64,000 nt of DNA from Basidiobolus meristosporus CBS 931.73 (Eukaryota > Fungi > Basidiobolomycota): positions 57,062 through 121,061 of the forward strand of contig MCFE01000235.1 in the NCBI GenBank assembly GCA_002104905.1. The letters run 5' to 3'. Of this stretch, positions 43,001 through 54,903 are shown in pieces. Position numbers and translations under genes: made by a program. Under the pieces are notes generated by a model, which made no database searches, had not been told where the DNA came from, and saw only the letters and a program-made list of their open reading frames with translations. Positions within the stretch are counted from its first letter, which is position 1. Each line of letters starts with the position of its first letter.

Positions 43001-45734
43001 GTTGTGGCTGAGTATTGAAGATCGTAGTCATTGGATCTTAGAAACTGCCACACAACATCCAATAGTGCGGCATGGCTCACTAGTGCCTCATGGTTCTTCG
43101 CTGAAGCTAGGAAGTCAGTACAACTCAAATACTAACCGATTGGCTACATACCTACAGAGCACAAACAAGCCAGGATTTCGGCTAGATACATCTGAATTAT
43201 AGTGTTTGTAGAAGTGTCCAGGTCTAAGAGCAAGGGCAAGCCTCCAGCCTCGATGATTTCAGTATGGGCTAAGGCTATTTCGAAGATTAGTTTCTCGGTA
43301 ACCCGTAATATCTTGTCGTGTTCGACCTACGATGGCTTGTAACCTCGTGCAGAAGGGCAAGTGCCCAGTATTGAACGTCCTCGTCCCCACTGGACAGGCA
43401 AGAAACAATCCTTTGGATACTTCCGGAAGTGACCACTTTCAGCTGGAAAGTTTCTATACAGCATCATCAGGCCCGTTGAAGATCGAACCACAGTCAACAG
43501 GGTTTACCGTTATGAAGAACCAGAAAGCGCAGTGTTCGCAGGGCGATCTTAGTTAGGTACGCTTCTTCTGCACTTAACAAGTTTGTGACGAGCTTGAGAA
43601 TTCCTCTGATCTGGCGAAACATCGGCCGTGCAACGTCTACATACATCACTGCCTGAATAAAGGGTCAATTTGAAACACTTGCTGCTCGCTTACCTTTTAC
43701 GACAAACTCATGCATCAACCCAATGGCCCAATAAATTAGCTCTCCATCTTCTGTAATCAGCACAAAGCCATATAGTCATGACGGACATACATCGAGGCTG
43801 AGCAGGCCCAACTTACCACTACGAAGGCAAGACGAGACTAGTGAGTCTATCCCGTGGTCAAGCAACATATACAATTGAGGAACGGCATCTACAATGAAGC
43901 AATGTCAACGATGCTTTGGCTTCGCCACATATCGAGCAATTCACCTGAAGGCTCCATAGAGGCTACTATCCGCACCAGGGTCTGTAGACAAACCTTGGGC
44001 ATGTTTACATTTCCAAAGGTTTTGCGCGTTAGGTCGGCCAGCATCGGGATGAACCTAGCCTGGATCATGGGTGAATGCAGTTCTTCTGTATGCATTCATC
44101 AGGTTACCAACTGATGGGATAGATCAAGCATGCTGAAACGAACCACAAAATGACAGATGATACACCAGCATCAGTATCCAATATTTCGTCTCATTGCTAT
44201 AGACGCTGAATCTTGCCAGGAGGCCGGCTAGTGTTGGGATTATGCTGTGCCGGACAATTTCGTGCTTATGCTCGTCTTTGGAAGGGGGAATGGCTGAGAT
44301 AGTGGTTTCATATGAGCAGTATACATCGAAGCATACCATGGGCATTGATTAGATCGCATAGAGTAGCTGCAGCGTGTCTATATGTGATATCTCTGTTTTC
44401 AGTACTCAGTATTCTCGCCAGTGCTTCCAAAGCCCCGGCATCAACCAGCAGTTGCTTGTTGTTGTCTGTGAGAAAGTTCAACCAAGATATACGCGATACG
44501 ACTCAGGACTCAATGATGAACTACCATTTCTAGACAGCATTTGAAGCGCGGCCACAGCCTTCAATTGTACTTCGTGGTTGCGGTCTTGCTTACACGCCTG
44601 TATCAGATATTTCAGGTGCGGCTCTATGGGTAAGAGAGCTCTAATGAACCATGCCCTTCAATGCGGAGATCACTGGAACCAACCTGAAATTGCTCGCTCG
44701 AGGAGTAGACGGAACGCACTGGAAAACATCAGGAGCCGGAACGGATTTGTCACCCACAAAGTCAATTACAATACCTCATTTGTAACGCAACGTTGTTGCA
44801 GCGCGCCAGGTCAACTAGGGTTTTTGACTTGATTGCTACTCAGGGGGAGTTATCTACCGTGTTAAACCGAGTCAAAGGTGAAAGTGGCATTGAATTGGGC
44901 GTACCTTCTTCAATCTGATCGCGGCCCCAGTTATTCAATGGTGAGCGCCGTGTATTGTTTTTCTCTCTGGATTGACCGACGTGTCGCCAAAGTGAAAGTA
45001 ACATATATACTGAAGCAAATCCGAGCGAAAAATAAAACAAACCAGGATGTGAGGCCGACATCTTTAATACACTCTCTCAGGCTGGTCCAGACTGATACTG
45101 TACAGGTTGTTCTCAATATCTCTGAAGGCAGGTTCCTAGGCGAAGGTATATATCGACTTGTGGCTGATTGTTTGACGACCTATGAGTTGATGTTAAGGCT
45201 TCAGCATAATTAGTGTAAAATTACTAATTTAAGCGATAGTGTAGCCAGATCGATTCCACCTGACAATCAATTCCCAAAAGAACCCTGTCTGCAGGGATGT
45301 CCGTAATCTTGGAATATGGCAGTCACATTGGCGTCATTGCTGATAGAATTGGCTTCAGCAGATGATTTACCAGCTGCGCTTCTGCCGTGGCGAGCGAGAT
45401 GATTGTGTCTAGTAGCCGGCAGACGGTTTATTTGGTTGCGAACGATACCCGCAGAAACCAATCTCTGAAATCAAACTCGTGCTGCTCTGCTCTTTTGTTT
45501 CCCCTGAATGTGATTGTCCAATCGTACATGTGTTGCTTTTGACAAGAATGCTCAGAAACATTACCAACTAGCCCTCACCAGGCCACTACTCTTCAGCCCT
45601 GTCTGCTGGCTCGTGCCGAAGCCGACCTTGCCTGTTCCCCTCCATGTAAGCTCAGCATGGACCAATACTGCGTGCCCCAGAATGGTGCTGAGTTGTTTTA
45701 TATCTCGATTGTAGGAGCCTGCGCCTCCCTGCAT
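40010..45734 (-). CDS. Large multi-exon protein with ARM-like helical N-terminus, an RSPRY1/RNF123-type SPRY domain and a second SPRY-like C-terminal domain
   Basis: ORF 40555-42855 contains YAYEIRLNTDGLIQVGW...GVGDDGHSYSYDGQRCRKWHG...WYPAISL. A GT-AG intron joins it to 40010-40513 (GDCLGCGYSTEEKSIFFTHNGNLLG). Upstream short exons look helical (EIVRHSIIPTLAGLL, MIQARFIPMLADL). The 5' boundary (ATG 45734) is tentative. Confidence 0.7.
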
Positions 45735-46180
45735 AGTTTGTGCTTATCTCAGGAGGTGCGCTTGTTACCAACGACTCTGTTCCCATCTAATCACGCGGAT
45801 GCTGGGCCGTCCAAAGTGTTACTGGGTCAGCTAGACAGATACACAAATAATCAGGTGCCTACTGATATGGCCAGCTATCACTGTCCGGAAATGTAGGCCC
45901 TCCGTTCGATAAGAAAATCGCTGAGCAAATCGTCGCGTTATCTGTATCTATAGGCTTCCGCCGATGAATCTTTCTGGCATTGAGGCCTCTCCCATCAAGT
46001 AGATAGCCACGGTTAGATAAAGGACGATGCATAAATATTTAATGTATGTACAGCAGTGATGGGATGTAATACACAGCGCTTTTAAAAAATCGGTTGTTGT
46101 CCTAACATGCCACTAGCAGGGGGAAGCGGCTTGGAGTACGCTAGCGGTGTGTACTTTCCGATCAATCGTAACCTCACTAG

Positions 46181-47260
46181 TCATTGCTTCATGGAGACAA
46201 ACGAGCGTGGAGGCGAGTTATAGCTGTGGAGACTTGATACAGACTTTGGGACAGGCAGCTGTCCAATGGCATCCAGAGTCGGCTCAGCTACGACTGTATG
46301 CGAGCCTGAGGTCGATGAATGCAAGCTTTGCTTTCTCTGGAAGGTGAGGACCGCGTTGGTCAGAAATCGTGCCGAGATGCTCACTGGAAAGTTACAGTTA
46401 ATCGAGGTGCTCTGGAGAGATGGGGTATCCGCAAGAAACGAGTACTTACTGCCGAAATAGTAGGGAAGGATGGTGGTGGCGATGCTGATTCTGGTAAGTA
46501 GCGTCATCAAAACCACCACTGTCATTGTGATGGCGCTGATAATGAAAAAATGAATGCTTTTCTTGATGATCCGGTAATACGTCTTCACTCGTTGCGACAG
46601 ATCAGTATGGAAGAGTGCCGGCTCGATTTCCGTCCTTATCAGATGGATGTGCCTTCGGATGGCCACAATGAAGAGGATGCAGAAAGAAAAGTTGGTAATG
46701 AGGTCAAGCATCATGACATAATTAAGCTCGAAGGGAATAATTATGTACTCGCATTTGTGTAATGGTTTAGGCTCAGGATATTGAAGGTTTGCTAACACTA
46801 AACTAAACGGAATATATTTACTGAGACATAGGGTTGTGCCAACATAGCCAATTGCCCTCCGCTTTCCAAACGCAACATAGGCTCTTAAGAGCAGAACAAC
46901 GTCTGTGCAAGAGGCCGCGAGTTGGAAAAGGACTAACGAAAGCACATTCCTGACGGCACAGTTTACATCAAAAAGGAAGTAGTAGACTAAGAGGACTGAG
47001 GAGCCACACAGACCAAACACACAGTTGATCAGGCACAATATGACCATGAGTTGTGGTGGGGATAGAAAACGGACCTTGAGAATACTCCAGATCCCACTAG
47101 CAAACAATATTGCCGAGAGACAGTAGATAATGAGATTTCGGTTCGAAACCAGCAGTTGTTGACGTAAGTATGTTTGCCATTCATCTTGGGATTCACCACT
47201 GTATTGGGAATACTCATGGCGAGAGTACTGTGCTGCTGCTTCGCTTGTAAGGGCGAACAT
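46181..47260 (-). CDS. Multi-pass (about 7 TM) GPCR-like membrane protein, ~337 aa after removal of a 66-nt in-frame intron
   Basis: About seven hydrophobic segments; Cys at the start of TM3 and in the loop after TM4; LLLRAY at the end of TM3. Intron GTAAGT...CTTTCCAG at 46449-46384 restores TM7 (PYYFGMSISARFLTNAV). Confidence 0.7.
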   Translation of the reverse strand: MFALTSEAAAQYSRHEYSQYSGESQDEWQTYLRQQLLVSNRNLIIYCLSAILFASGIWSILKVRFLSPPQLMVILCLINCVFGLCGSSVLLVYYFLFDVNCAVRNVLSLVLFQLAASCTDVVLLLRAYVAFGKRRAIGYVGTTLCLSKYIPFSLVLANLQYPEPKPLHKCEYIIIPFELNYVMMLDLITNFSFCILFIVAIRRHIHLIRTEIEPALFHTDLSQRVKTYYRIIKKSIHFFIISAITMTVVVLMTLLTRISIATTILPYYFGSKYSFLADTPSLQSTSINCNFPVSISARFLTNAVLTFQRKQSLHSSTSGSHTVVAEPTLDAIGQLPVPKSVSSLHSYNSPPRSFVSMKQ

Positions 47261-48420
47261 AAGTTTACTCCACAATGTAAGAGCTATGGGGAATGCAATT
47301 ACTCTAATAGCAGCCTATTCATGAATTTCGCCGAGTGTGACTGTTTCTTAAATAGGACCATATGTTTGTTAAGCTGCCCCTCCCACAAAAATAGACATCC
47401 AGAGTCAGGACAAGGCCGATGCTAACCTAACTCGATAATTTGTTCGAAATTGCCGGTTTACCAAGATCTCACCAATTTAAAAAATCGATTCGCATCATAT
47501 AGATAGTTTGCATGTAATACGCATGCTATCCAGCATTGCCCAATGCAGTGCCGTTTGAGAGTATTACAGGATGATAGGTGGATGGTGAATGGTAAGTGGT
47601 GAATGGTAGGTAGTCACCCAATGAGATGGCGATTATGTGACAAAGGTTGCTGATCAAACTCTAACAATAAAGGCGCTCTCTGGGAAAAGCACACCATGCA
47701 CACATTGGCCAGGTTGCTATAGGCGGTGTTTCAATGCCCTAGATTCGGGAGACATTATGTCATAGTGTGCGCCAGATTCCCAGCTCTATTATTTGTTCCA
47801 GAAGAGCAAGCAGTTCTATTTGTAGAGTCTGGTCCCTTAGTTGCAAAGTGTCGAGCCCTAGCCCTAGCTGTGGTCACTGTTACACCGTGTTCTTGAATGA
47901 GATGCTACGCTGTTGACTGGCTGAGCTAAAACCATGTGCCAGAGAAGTGCCCACTGAATATTGCTTATTTGTTGGTGTCTATATCATCGTCCCTACTCAC
48001 CGAGTACGGTTGAAACCAAGTTATCGGAGCCATTTCTTGGTCGATCGAGTATTCCTGCTCATGGTGAAGTACCTGTTATGACGCACTCAGAGCTTACATT
48101 GGATTAGGCCACCGTTATCTTTAAATAATGCTCGTGATTACATGGCTTACCTTAGCTTACTCCTCCTTCCTTATTGGGCATTACGTGGAGACGACTAATC
48201 AACCATCACATTGTGCATTTAGAAGAAATTGGCGTAGTGTATCCAATGTGGCTGCGACATGAGATGGAATCAGCTAGATGCAACACAGAGCCATTTGATA
48301 CCATGGTAGGTATCAGGAATGGTTATTGCTTTGAAGTTGTTAGGTAATGTTTGGAAAAGCAAAGGATCTACGGATATAGAGAGCGCAAACTGGTGACGCG
48401 GGAGATGCCATCCTCCAAAA

Positions 48421-48769
48421 TGCTGTTAATTTCGTATGAACATCTAAATACTTGCATTAACTATGCCACTGAGACCTCAGTCTATGAAATAATAATTACT
48501 CCCAGACCAAAATCTCTGCAAGGATTTGCTTTGAATGCTTTCACCAACATTTCAAGTACCCAAAACATTAGAGTTGTAAAGTTGCCCAAAAGCCCCTAAA
48601 CCTTGTGCGCAGGCTCTTGGGACCTTCCTAAAAATATTTTATGCGCTTATTTTGCCAAGACCATGTAAAAGTACAAATACCACTTTACATTCAATAAATC
48701 AATAAGTGGAAGTCACATAATCTACTTACTCTTCCAATTACTTCCAATATCTCCAAGACTCTCACAACA
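48421..48769 (+). mobile_element. Old Copia solo LTR (349 bp)
   Basis: 3' half is clearly homologous to 398-745 (CACATAATCTACTT...CCAATATCTCCAAGACTCTCACAACA); 5' half is degenerate; TSD not recognisable. Confidence 0.75.
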
Positions 48770-51222
48770 TTAAAGACACTTTGTTCCCTCTATCAATGTT
48801 TTGGGGCTATTCCCCCTGCTCCATGAGGTAAGCATTCTTCTTCCTTTACAATGTTCAAAAGGTCTTTCTCCTGTAGCTGCATCATCATTTTGCCATCTAG
48901 ACATGATTATGGGTTGTATGAGGTGAAGTCCTTGTGGAATTTGAGAATTCAAATGTGCTCAACATCCTGGCTAAAGTATAGCAAGTACATCCCAACAAAG
49001 GATTTGGGCAAGAAGTAGTAAGATCCATACATTAGGATCTAGGTATTTGAGTAAACGTAAGTGTCTAGGTGTAAATAAGCCAGTTGAACATCCCAATGTG
49101 CTAATGAGTAATGTGATTGGATAATCAACGGAATCCAAGTCGCGTAACTTGGTGCCATGCAGATTCTTCATTGGCACCAACGCATACGTGCTTTGGTCAC
49201 AGGATCACGTGACAAGGATCCGTTGTGTGTTTATATGGGGCTAATGGGTGCATACGAGCAATAGTAACATGGTCCACAGGAGGGACTGAGCTTGTGGCCT
49301 TTAGAAAGCAACCGAGATGCTAGACTGGCGGCATCCAGAAGCAAACTATCCTTCGTCCGGCATTCAATCCAGTAATCATCATGGGGTTTGGTGTGCGTAG
49401 ACAGGACCAGGAAAGTTCAACTGCATACATACCTAGAATGGCCGACGACGAACAAACGTTTACACCGTCAAGGAATATTTCTCCCTCAATGAGGAAGAGT
49501 AGATAGTGTGGAGGTTATCGCATGGATTCGGGCGGTATTGGAAGGAATGCCCCTGGGGAGGTTGGGGCCATGGCAGAAATCCGTTCGCACGAATCTTCAT
49601 ACAGATTTCTCGAATGCATTCCAAAAAGCGGGGTGATTCTATTACGCTGCTTGGTGGCTATTTGCACAGATACCTGTTTGATTCGGGACCCGGCTAAGCA
49701 ACTGTGACACTAACAAATGCCGACCTTGGCTCGCATTCAAACCTGCCCAGTCTCATGAAATAACCAGCTTGACAGCACGATGTCGCCCCATACCTTGGCG
49801 GTGTCGTCGTTACCGGGCTCCGAGGGGTCGGTCAACTTCAACGAGACGATCTTGAAGGTCTACTTGTACCCACGGCGGGCTGGATGGCAGGCCTTGACGG
49901 TATATTTGGTGACCTCACTGACGACTGCAAGGTTGCCGTTGGCGATACTACGGAGAGTGTAGGAAATGGGGACGTAGGTATAGTAATGAAGCCTATAGGA
50001 AGTGTATCCTGGCCAAAGTGGTCACATCCACCTGAGGCTACTCAATGGCTTGTATTTCTATCCTCGATGGTCACACTAAGAGTGTTGATCAATAAGGCTT
50101 GACGAGGGTGGATGCGAGCTGACCGACGTCTGCACGTATTAATTGTAAGTAGCCAAAACGGGCTTAGAAACTGGGTAGCTTTGGTATGGCATTGGAGTGA
50201 GCAGTGCAGTGGCTATATGGACGCTGATTGGCGGTGGGAAGCAGCTTTCCAGCTCCAGAGTATCATTGAGGCACGGCTGACCAATAACCGACCCTATGTC
50301 GATCGGTGTCGGATCATGTGCATTCATTGGCAATTGAAACTCCCTCATTAATCGGTAAAACGATGTCCCCTTCTGCGAACATGTTGACTGGAAATTAGAC
50401 GTCTGATACATGTACATCAATTTCTGCCTCTCGAATGCTCCAAGTACGCAGCACTGGAGTTGTTCCACCCCTCCCGTCGTGAAAGCTGGGCGATCTGTAG
50501 GGATGGCTGAGGACATGGAGACATCCATTTGCCATATGATTTGCAGAAATGGTGTCAAAATACACGGATCAATATTTTTTAACATCAAGCGTGGTGCACA
50601 CCATGCCAGCTAGGAATGTCAGCTTGAGGACACACCGTGCCTGATACCGCGAAGCTAAGTAGCATTGGTTAGGGCCAATATGCTGCTGGTTTCAAACTGC
50701 TGAATACGTGTGGAAGTGCGGAAAGGTGGAGGGATGGCCCAAATCCCATTGGGTACCCTCGATTCAGTGGCCACCTGAGGCCATAAGCGCTAAGAACAGA
50801 AAATCCGAGCTGTTGGATGTTGATTAGTCATACAGGGTTCGTAGCAGGAGCCTAGAAACCAGCAGCTTCTTGCCAATCCATTATCGAAAGCCATCTGAAG
50901 TGACCAGAGATCCATGCATTATATTACTATTATGTGTAATCCGGTTGATCCCTTGGGCCACAAACAATGCTGAAGCTTCAAGCCTATTGGTCCGTAAAGA
51001 AGACAAACAGTAGAAAAAGCACCTAATCGTAAGGAGGCCCTGCAAAATAGCGACCATCACAACAAATACCAGTTCCATCATTCCATAATACATGCCGATT
51101 ATTCGATACCATATTAAGCTACTGCTTATTACGCCAGGGGCCAGGTTTTTTTCATATTTGGGTCATAACAGGAGGCCGAGCGGAACAGTACGTCACCTCA
51201 AACCTCATCCTAGGCTTCTGAT

Positions 51223-52419
51223 ATGGTCGTGTTAAAGGAAATAGAGGATAATCTTCAAGAGAAAGGTTCACTTCAAAAGGGAGAAACTATTCCCGTAGAG
51301 TGCGACCAGAACGCCCTCCATTCGCGTAATATTGGCATGCGGGTCGAGAATGGCATTCCGAGCGACTTGTGTATTCGTTTCAGTGCATTGTCAGTTCTTC
51401 CCGTGGCAATCGATCAGTTGAGTAATCTACGTGAATTAGATCTTACCGGGAACCTATTGACTGAGGTGCCTGACACCCTTGGGAATCTCGTGAATTTACA
51501 GAAGCTTTATCTTGATGGCAACCAATTGACGAAGCTTCCTGACACTATCTGTCAGCTTACCAACCTTGAGGCCTTCCACGTCTATAATAATCGTCTTGTG
51601 GAATTACCAGAAGGCTTGGGTCAGCTAAACAAGCTCAAAAGTCTCAGCGTTGGCAATAATCGACTGACCACACTCCCCAATTCTCTCTGGCAATTGACGA
51701 AGCTACAAGTGCTGATTCTGTCCGAGAATAAGTTCACTTCACTCTCGGAAGAAATCGAGAATCTTACAAGCCTGCATACCTTAGATCTGGGTCACAATGA
51801 GCTAACCTCGCTACCTGACGGGCTTGGAAAACTTGAGAATCTTACTTCGTTTCTTTATTTGAGCGACAATCGGCTGAGTTCAATCCCCTCTTCATTGTTC
51901 GAGGGACTTACCAGACTGAAGTATCTCAATATTACTGATAATTCCTTTAGCACATTGCCTGATTCTATTGGTAACCTAACCAGCTTGATCGAGTTGCGGT
52001 TGTACAACAATCAGCTTATCGCTCTTCCCGAAGCCCTGGGTAAACTAACACAACTTCGAGAGCTCCACCTGATGAATAATCAGCTTACCTCTCTCCCTGT
52101 ATCAATGGAGAGGCTGGTGCATCTAAAGGAGTTACGTCTGTCTGGCAACCGCCTGTCATTGCTTCCGACTTCCCTTTGTAAATTGCCAAGCCTGACTATT
52201 CTGGATCTGCGGAACAATGCGCTTTCAACCCTACCAGATATATTTGACAGGCTTCAGAAGCTTACTTTCCTAGATCTCAGATCCAACAGGTTCCTCACCC
52301 TCCCCCAGTGCATTGCAAGAATTCCAACTCTGGAAAAACTGGATCTGCGCTGGAACAGAGTACTGTTCACTCCGGAGCTGCAATCGCTGGAGCAATATGG
52401 ATGCATCATATATTTGTAG
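51223..52419 (+). CDS. Intronless leucine-rich repeat protein, 398 aa, 14 repeats of ~23 aa
   Basis: Open ORF with ATG; LxxLxLxxNxLxxLPxxL/IxxL repeated from LRELDLTGN to LEKLDLRWN; CpG content not decayed. Confidence 0.9.
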   Translation: MVVLKEIEDNLQEKGSLQKGETIPVECDQNALHSRNIGMRVENGIPSDLCIRFSALSVLPVAIDQLSNLRELDLTGNLLTEVPDTLGNLVNLQKLYLDGNQLTKLPDTICQLTNLEAFHVYNNRLVELPEGLGQLNKLKSLSVGNNRLTTLPNSLWQLTKLQVLILSENKFTSLSEEIENLTSLHTLDLGHNELTSLPDGLGKLENLTSFLYLSDNRLSSIPSSLFEGLTRLKYLNITDNSFSTLPDSIGNLTSLIELRLYNNQLIALPEALGKLTQLRELHLMNNQLTSLPVSMERLVHLKELRLSGNRLSLLPTSLCKLPSLTILDLRNNALSTLPDIFDRLQKLTFLDLRSNRFLTLPQCIARIPTLEKLDLRWNRVLFTPELQSLEQYGCIIYL

Positions 52420-52927
52420 ATTTACAGCTCTGAAATAAAGCTGGCAAGTTCTGGTCAGTGCCAAACATGTGGAGGCACTTAATATCACCCGCAATCAGGG
52501 TGAAAACACCTGCTGTTAGGCATCTTTTTTGCCTTGTGGCCACCACAAAAACATGGCCTATTTGCAGGCCCTAAGCCCATTCTTATTTCTACCAAAGCCA
52601 GTCTAGGAGAGGTGAGCAGCCAAGTGCATTGGTAGCTATGGGATGATATGGAGTGATCTGATTGTGATCAATGGTTCTATTCTGACAAAGGGTTAGGGTT
52701 AGGAGGGGATAAAGTCACCAACAGGTGAAATCTTTATTTCAGTGGAAACAAAGAAGCCAGTGCTACTGTTGTAGCTTTGATACAAGAGCATGTAGCTGAG
52801 GGGAATTTGTAGATTAGTCAATAGGGAGAGATGATAGTTCATCAGTACTCAAGACACTGCTCAGTGGGAAGGGGGGTAGCAAGAGGGGTAAGACAGACTC
52901 TATGAAAAATAATTTGGTCCTGCAGGT

Positions 52928-53625
52928 TGTTGTGCATCAACATTTAAAACTTGGCAAATTTTACTCCGTTAGAAAATCTAGTACCCTAACTGATTTTCCC
53001 TAACCCAAACATAACTAATCCCTGTTATGGTTTATTTTATCACTTCTCAGAATCTATTTTGAGCTGTCACACCTGATCAATTTTCAAGTGGTCATTATGT
53101 CCTCAACTGATCTGCTAAGCCTTTCCATATGATTAGTCATCTGAGATCTATCCAACCACTGAGCTGTTGCCAAGACATCTGCTGATTGATGATGCAGTTT
53201 TCATTTATATTATGTGCCTATTAACATCCAAATGGATTTCAGTTAGTCCAGTCTCTTGGTGCTTACTAATTCAACTTTATCAGAAGAGTATAAATAAAGA
53301 TTACAAAACCTTATGGTTCAGTGTGTGTCTCAACAAAATTAAGATTGTGTCTCAGCATAATTAAGAATACAACAATTCTATTCTAGTTTCTACCCAAGAC
53401 AAGCATATCTAGCACTCCCAAGAACATCAAGCCTAGCCTGCATAGCAAGCTAACTCTGTTGCCTTTATAGCCAAACCCAGCTATATACAAGACCAATATT
53501 AGACTAGAATCTCACTGCCAATATTTTGGCCACTCCCTGACAATTCTAAGATTCTGCACTTAGTTGTCCCTTAGGTTCAGTTAAGCCATTCAAGAGTTGA
53601 TTACACTTTTCTCTTGGATACAACA
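52928..53625. mobile_element. Solo LTR (698 bp), same family as 23106-23801, perfect TSD CAGGT
   Basis: TGTTGTGCATCAACA...GGATACAACA; CAGGT at 52923-52927 and 53626-53630. Confidence 0.9.
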
Positions 53626-53910
53626 CAGGTGGATCCAATCCAGATCAGCCATCAGGATCCAGTGATGAGTCTGTCATAATGCCTGCAGCTTGGAATTATT
53701 GACCCTCCACACAATCTTATGATGGGGTTGTGATGGCTTTTGCTGATTATACTGCCAAATAAAGTAAAAAACTTGAAAGTGTTTGAGTGGTCTTTTGACA
53801 AGAATTGCATGGCACTCTAACAGTCTTAATGTGCTCTACATTTATTTGAGCAGACCTAACTGGCCAGTACATCCAACTGCCTTATATGGCAAAAAACTTG
53901 ATGGTGTTCC

Positions 53911-54254
53911 TGTAAAGATTTGTAAATTCACATAAATATTTACCCAACTTGATCACTTAGCTTATTACCTACAAATCTTAGAGAATACTGACCAAATTCC
54001 TTGTTGGGATTTACTGGATATATCTTTACCACAATTGCAGGAACCCAGACCATGAAATTCTCAAAGCTGCCTAGGCAGCCCCAAACTTTGTACACAAGCT
54101 CTTTGGACCTTGCCATACCCATTCTATGTATATGTTGTGCCAAGACCATGTAAAAGTATAAATACTTCTTTTACATTCAACAAATCATCAGGTGAAAGCC
54201 ACATAATCTACTAGTCCTCCTGGTCACTTCCAAATATCCAAAACTCTTACAACA
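53911..54254 (+). mobile_element. Copia solo LTR (~344 bp)
   Basis: Homologous to 398-745 and ends CTCTTACAACA; TSD degenerate (GTTCC/GCTCT). Confidence 0.8.
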
Positions 54255-54903
54255 GCTCTGATGGCCTCATTGCAAACCTCTGCTGGCATTATAACAGCAG
54301 TACAGCAGACTACAGCTAGTTCTGTACAAGGCTACCATACCAATTTACCAAATGGTATTCTCTTTTTCTACCTTCCCTTATGCCATTGATGAGTTCCCAT
54401 GTAGAATCACACCTCTCTACTTGTATACCTACTACTACCTTTGGTACTCCACATATTGCTTGAATCAAAAAAGATTATGGCCTCCTGCTCACTAACTTCC
54501 ACATAGGCACACACTTGCTGCAATTGACACACTTCTATCACCTCTACTTTATGGCTTTTTAGTGTGACACTTGCAAAGTTGCCATATACCTTGTGTTGCT
54601 GGTAACATACACATCCTGCAAACATATGCTAAGTTGCTGCCAACTTTACCATTAATACCTCCTGAATATCCCCAAAGAACTTCTTGGTATTTAGACAATA
54701 TATTCTTTCACCCTAACCCTAACCCTAGTCCCCTCTATAGGTGGGCTTTGGTTCTGGTTTATGTGATTTCCATACTGAATGTGTAGAAACTGACTTGTGA
54801 CTAAGAGAAACCTGTCATACATTGGCAAAGTCAACCTAATAAAAGTATTTTGCTTTTTGCGCCCAACCCAGCTTTGCATTACTTACCTCATTACCCATGC
54901 ATT

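Larger units (their letters stand above)
52880..54690 (-). mobile_element. CACTA-like relic (3' part) interrupted by two solo LTRs
   Basis: Reverse-complement homology to 18850-19530, including GGATCCTGA...CTGCAGGACCAAATTATTTTTCAT across the 52928-53625 insertion. Confidence 0.65.

Noticed and set aside
49149-49181. TTGGTGCCA...TGGCACCAA stem-loop
   Set aside because: Isolated 9-bp stem with no associated feature; within chance expectation for 64 kb.
52689-54730. Telomere-like TTAGGG/CCCTAA hexamers at ~52690 and ~54711
   Set aside because: Only two to three units each; expected by chance in TE-derived DNA.
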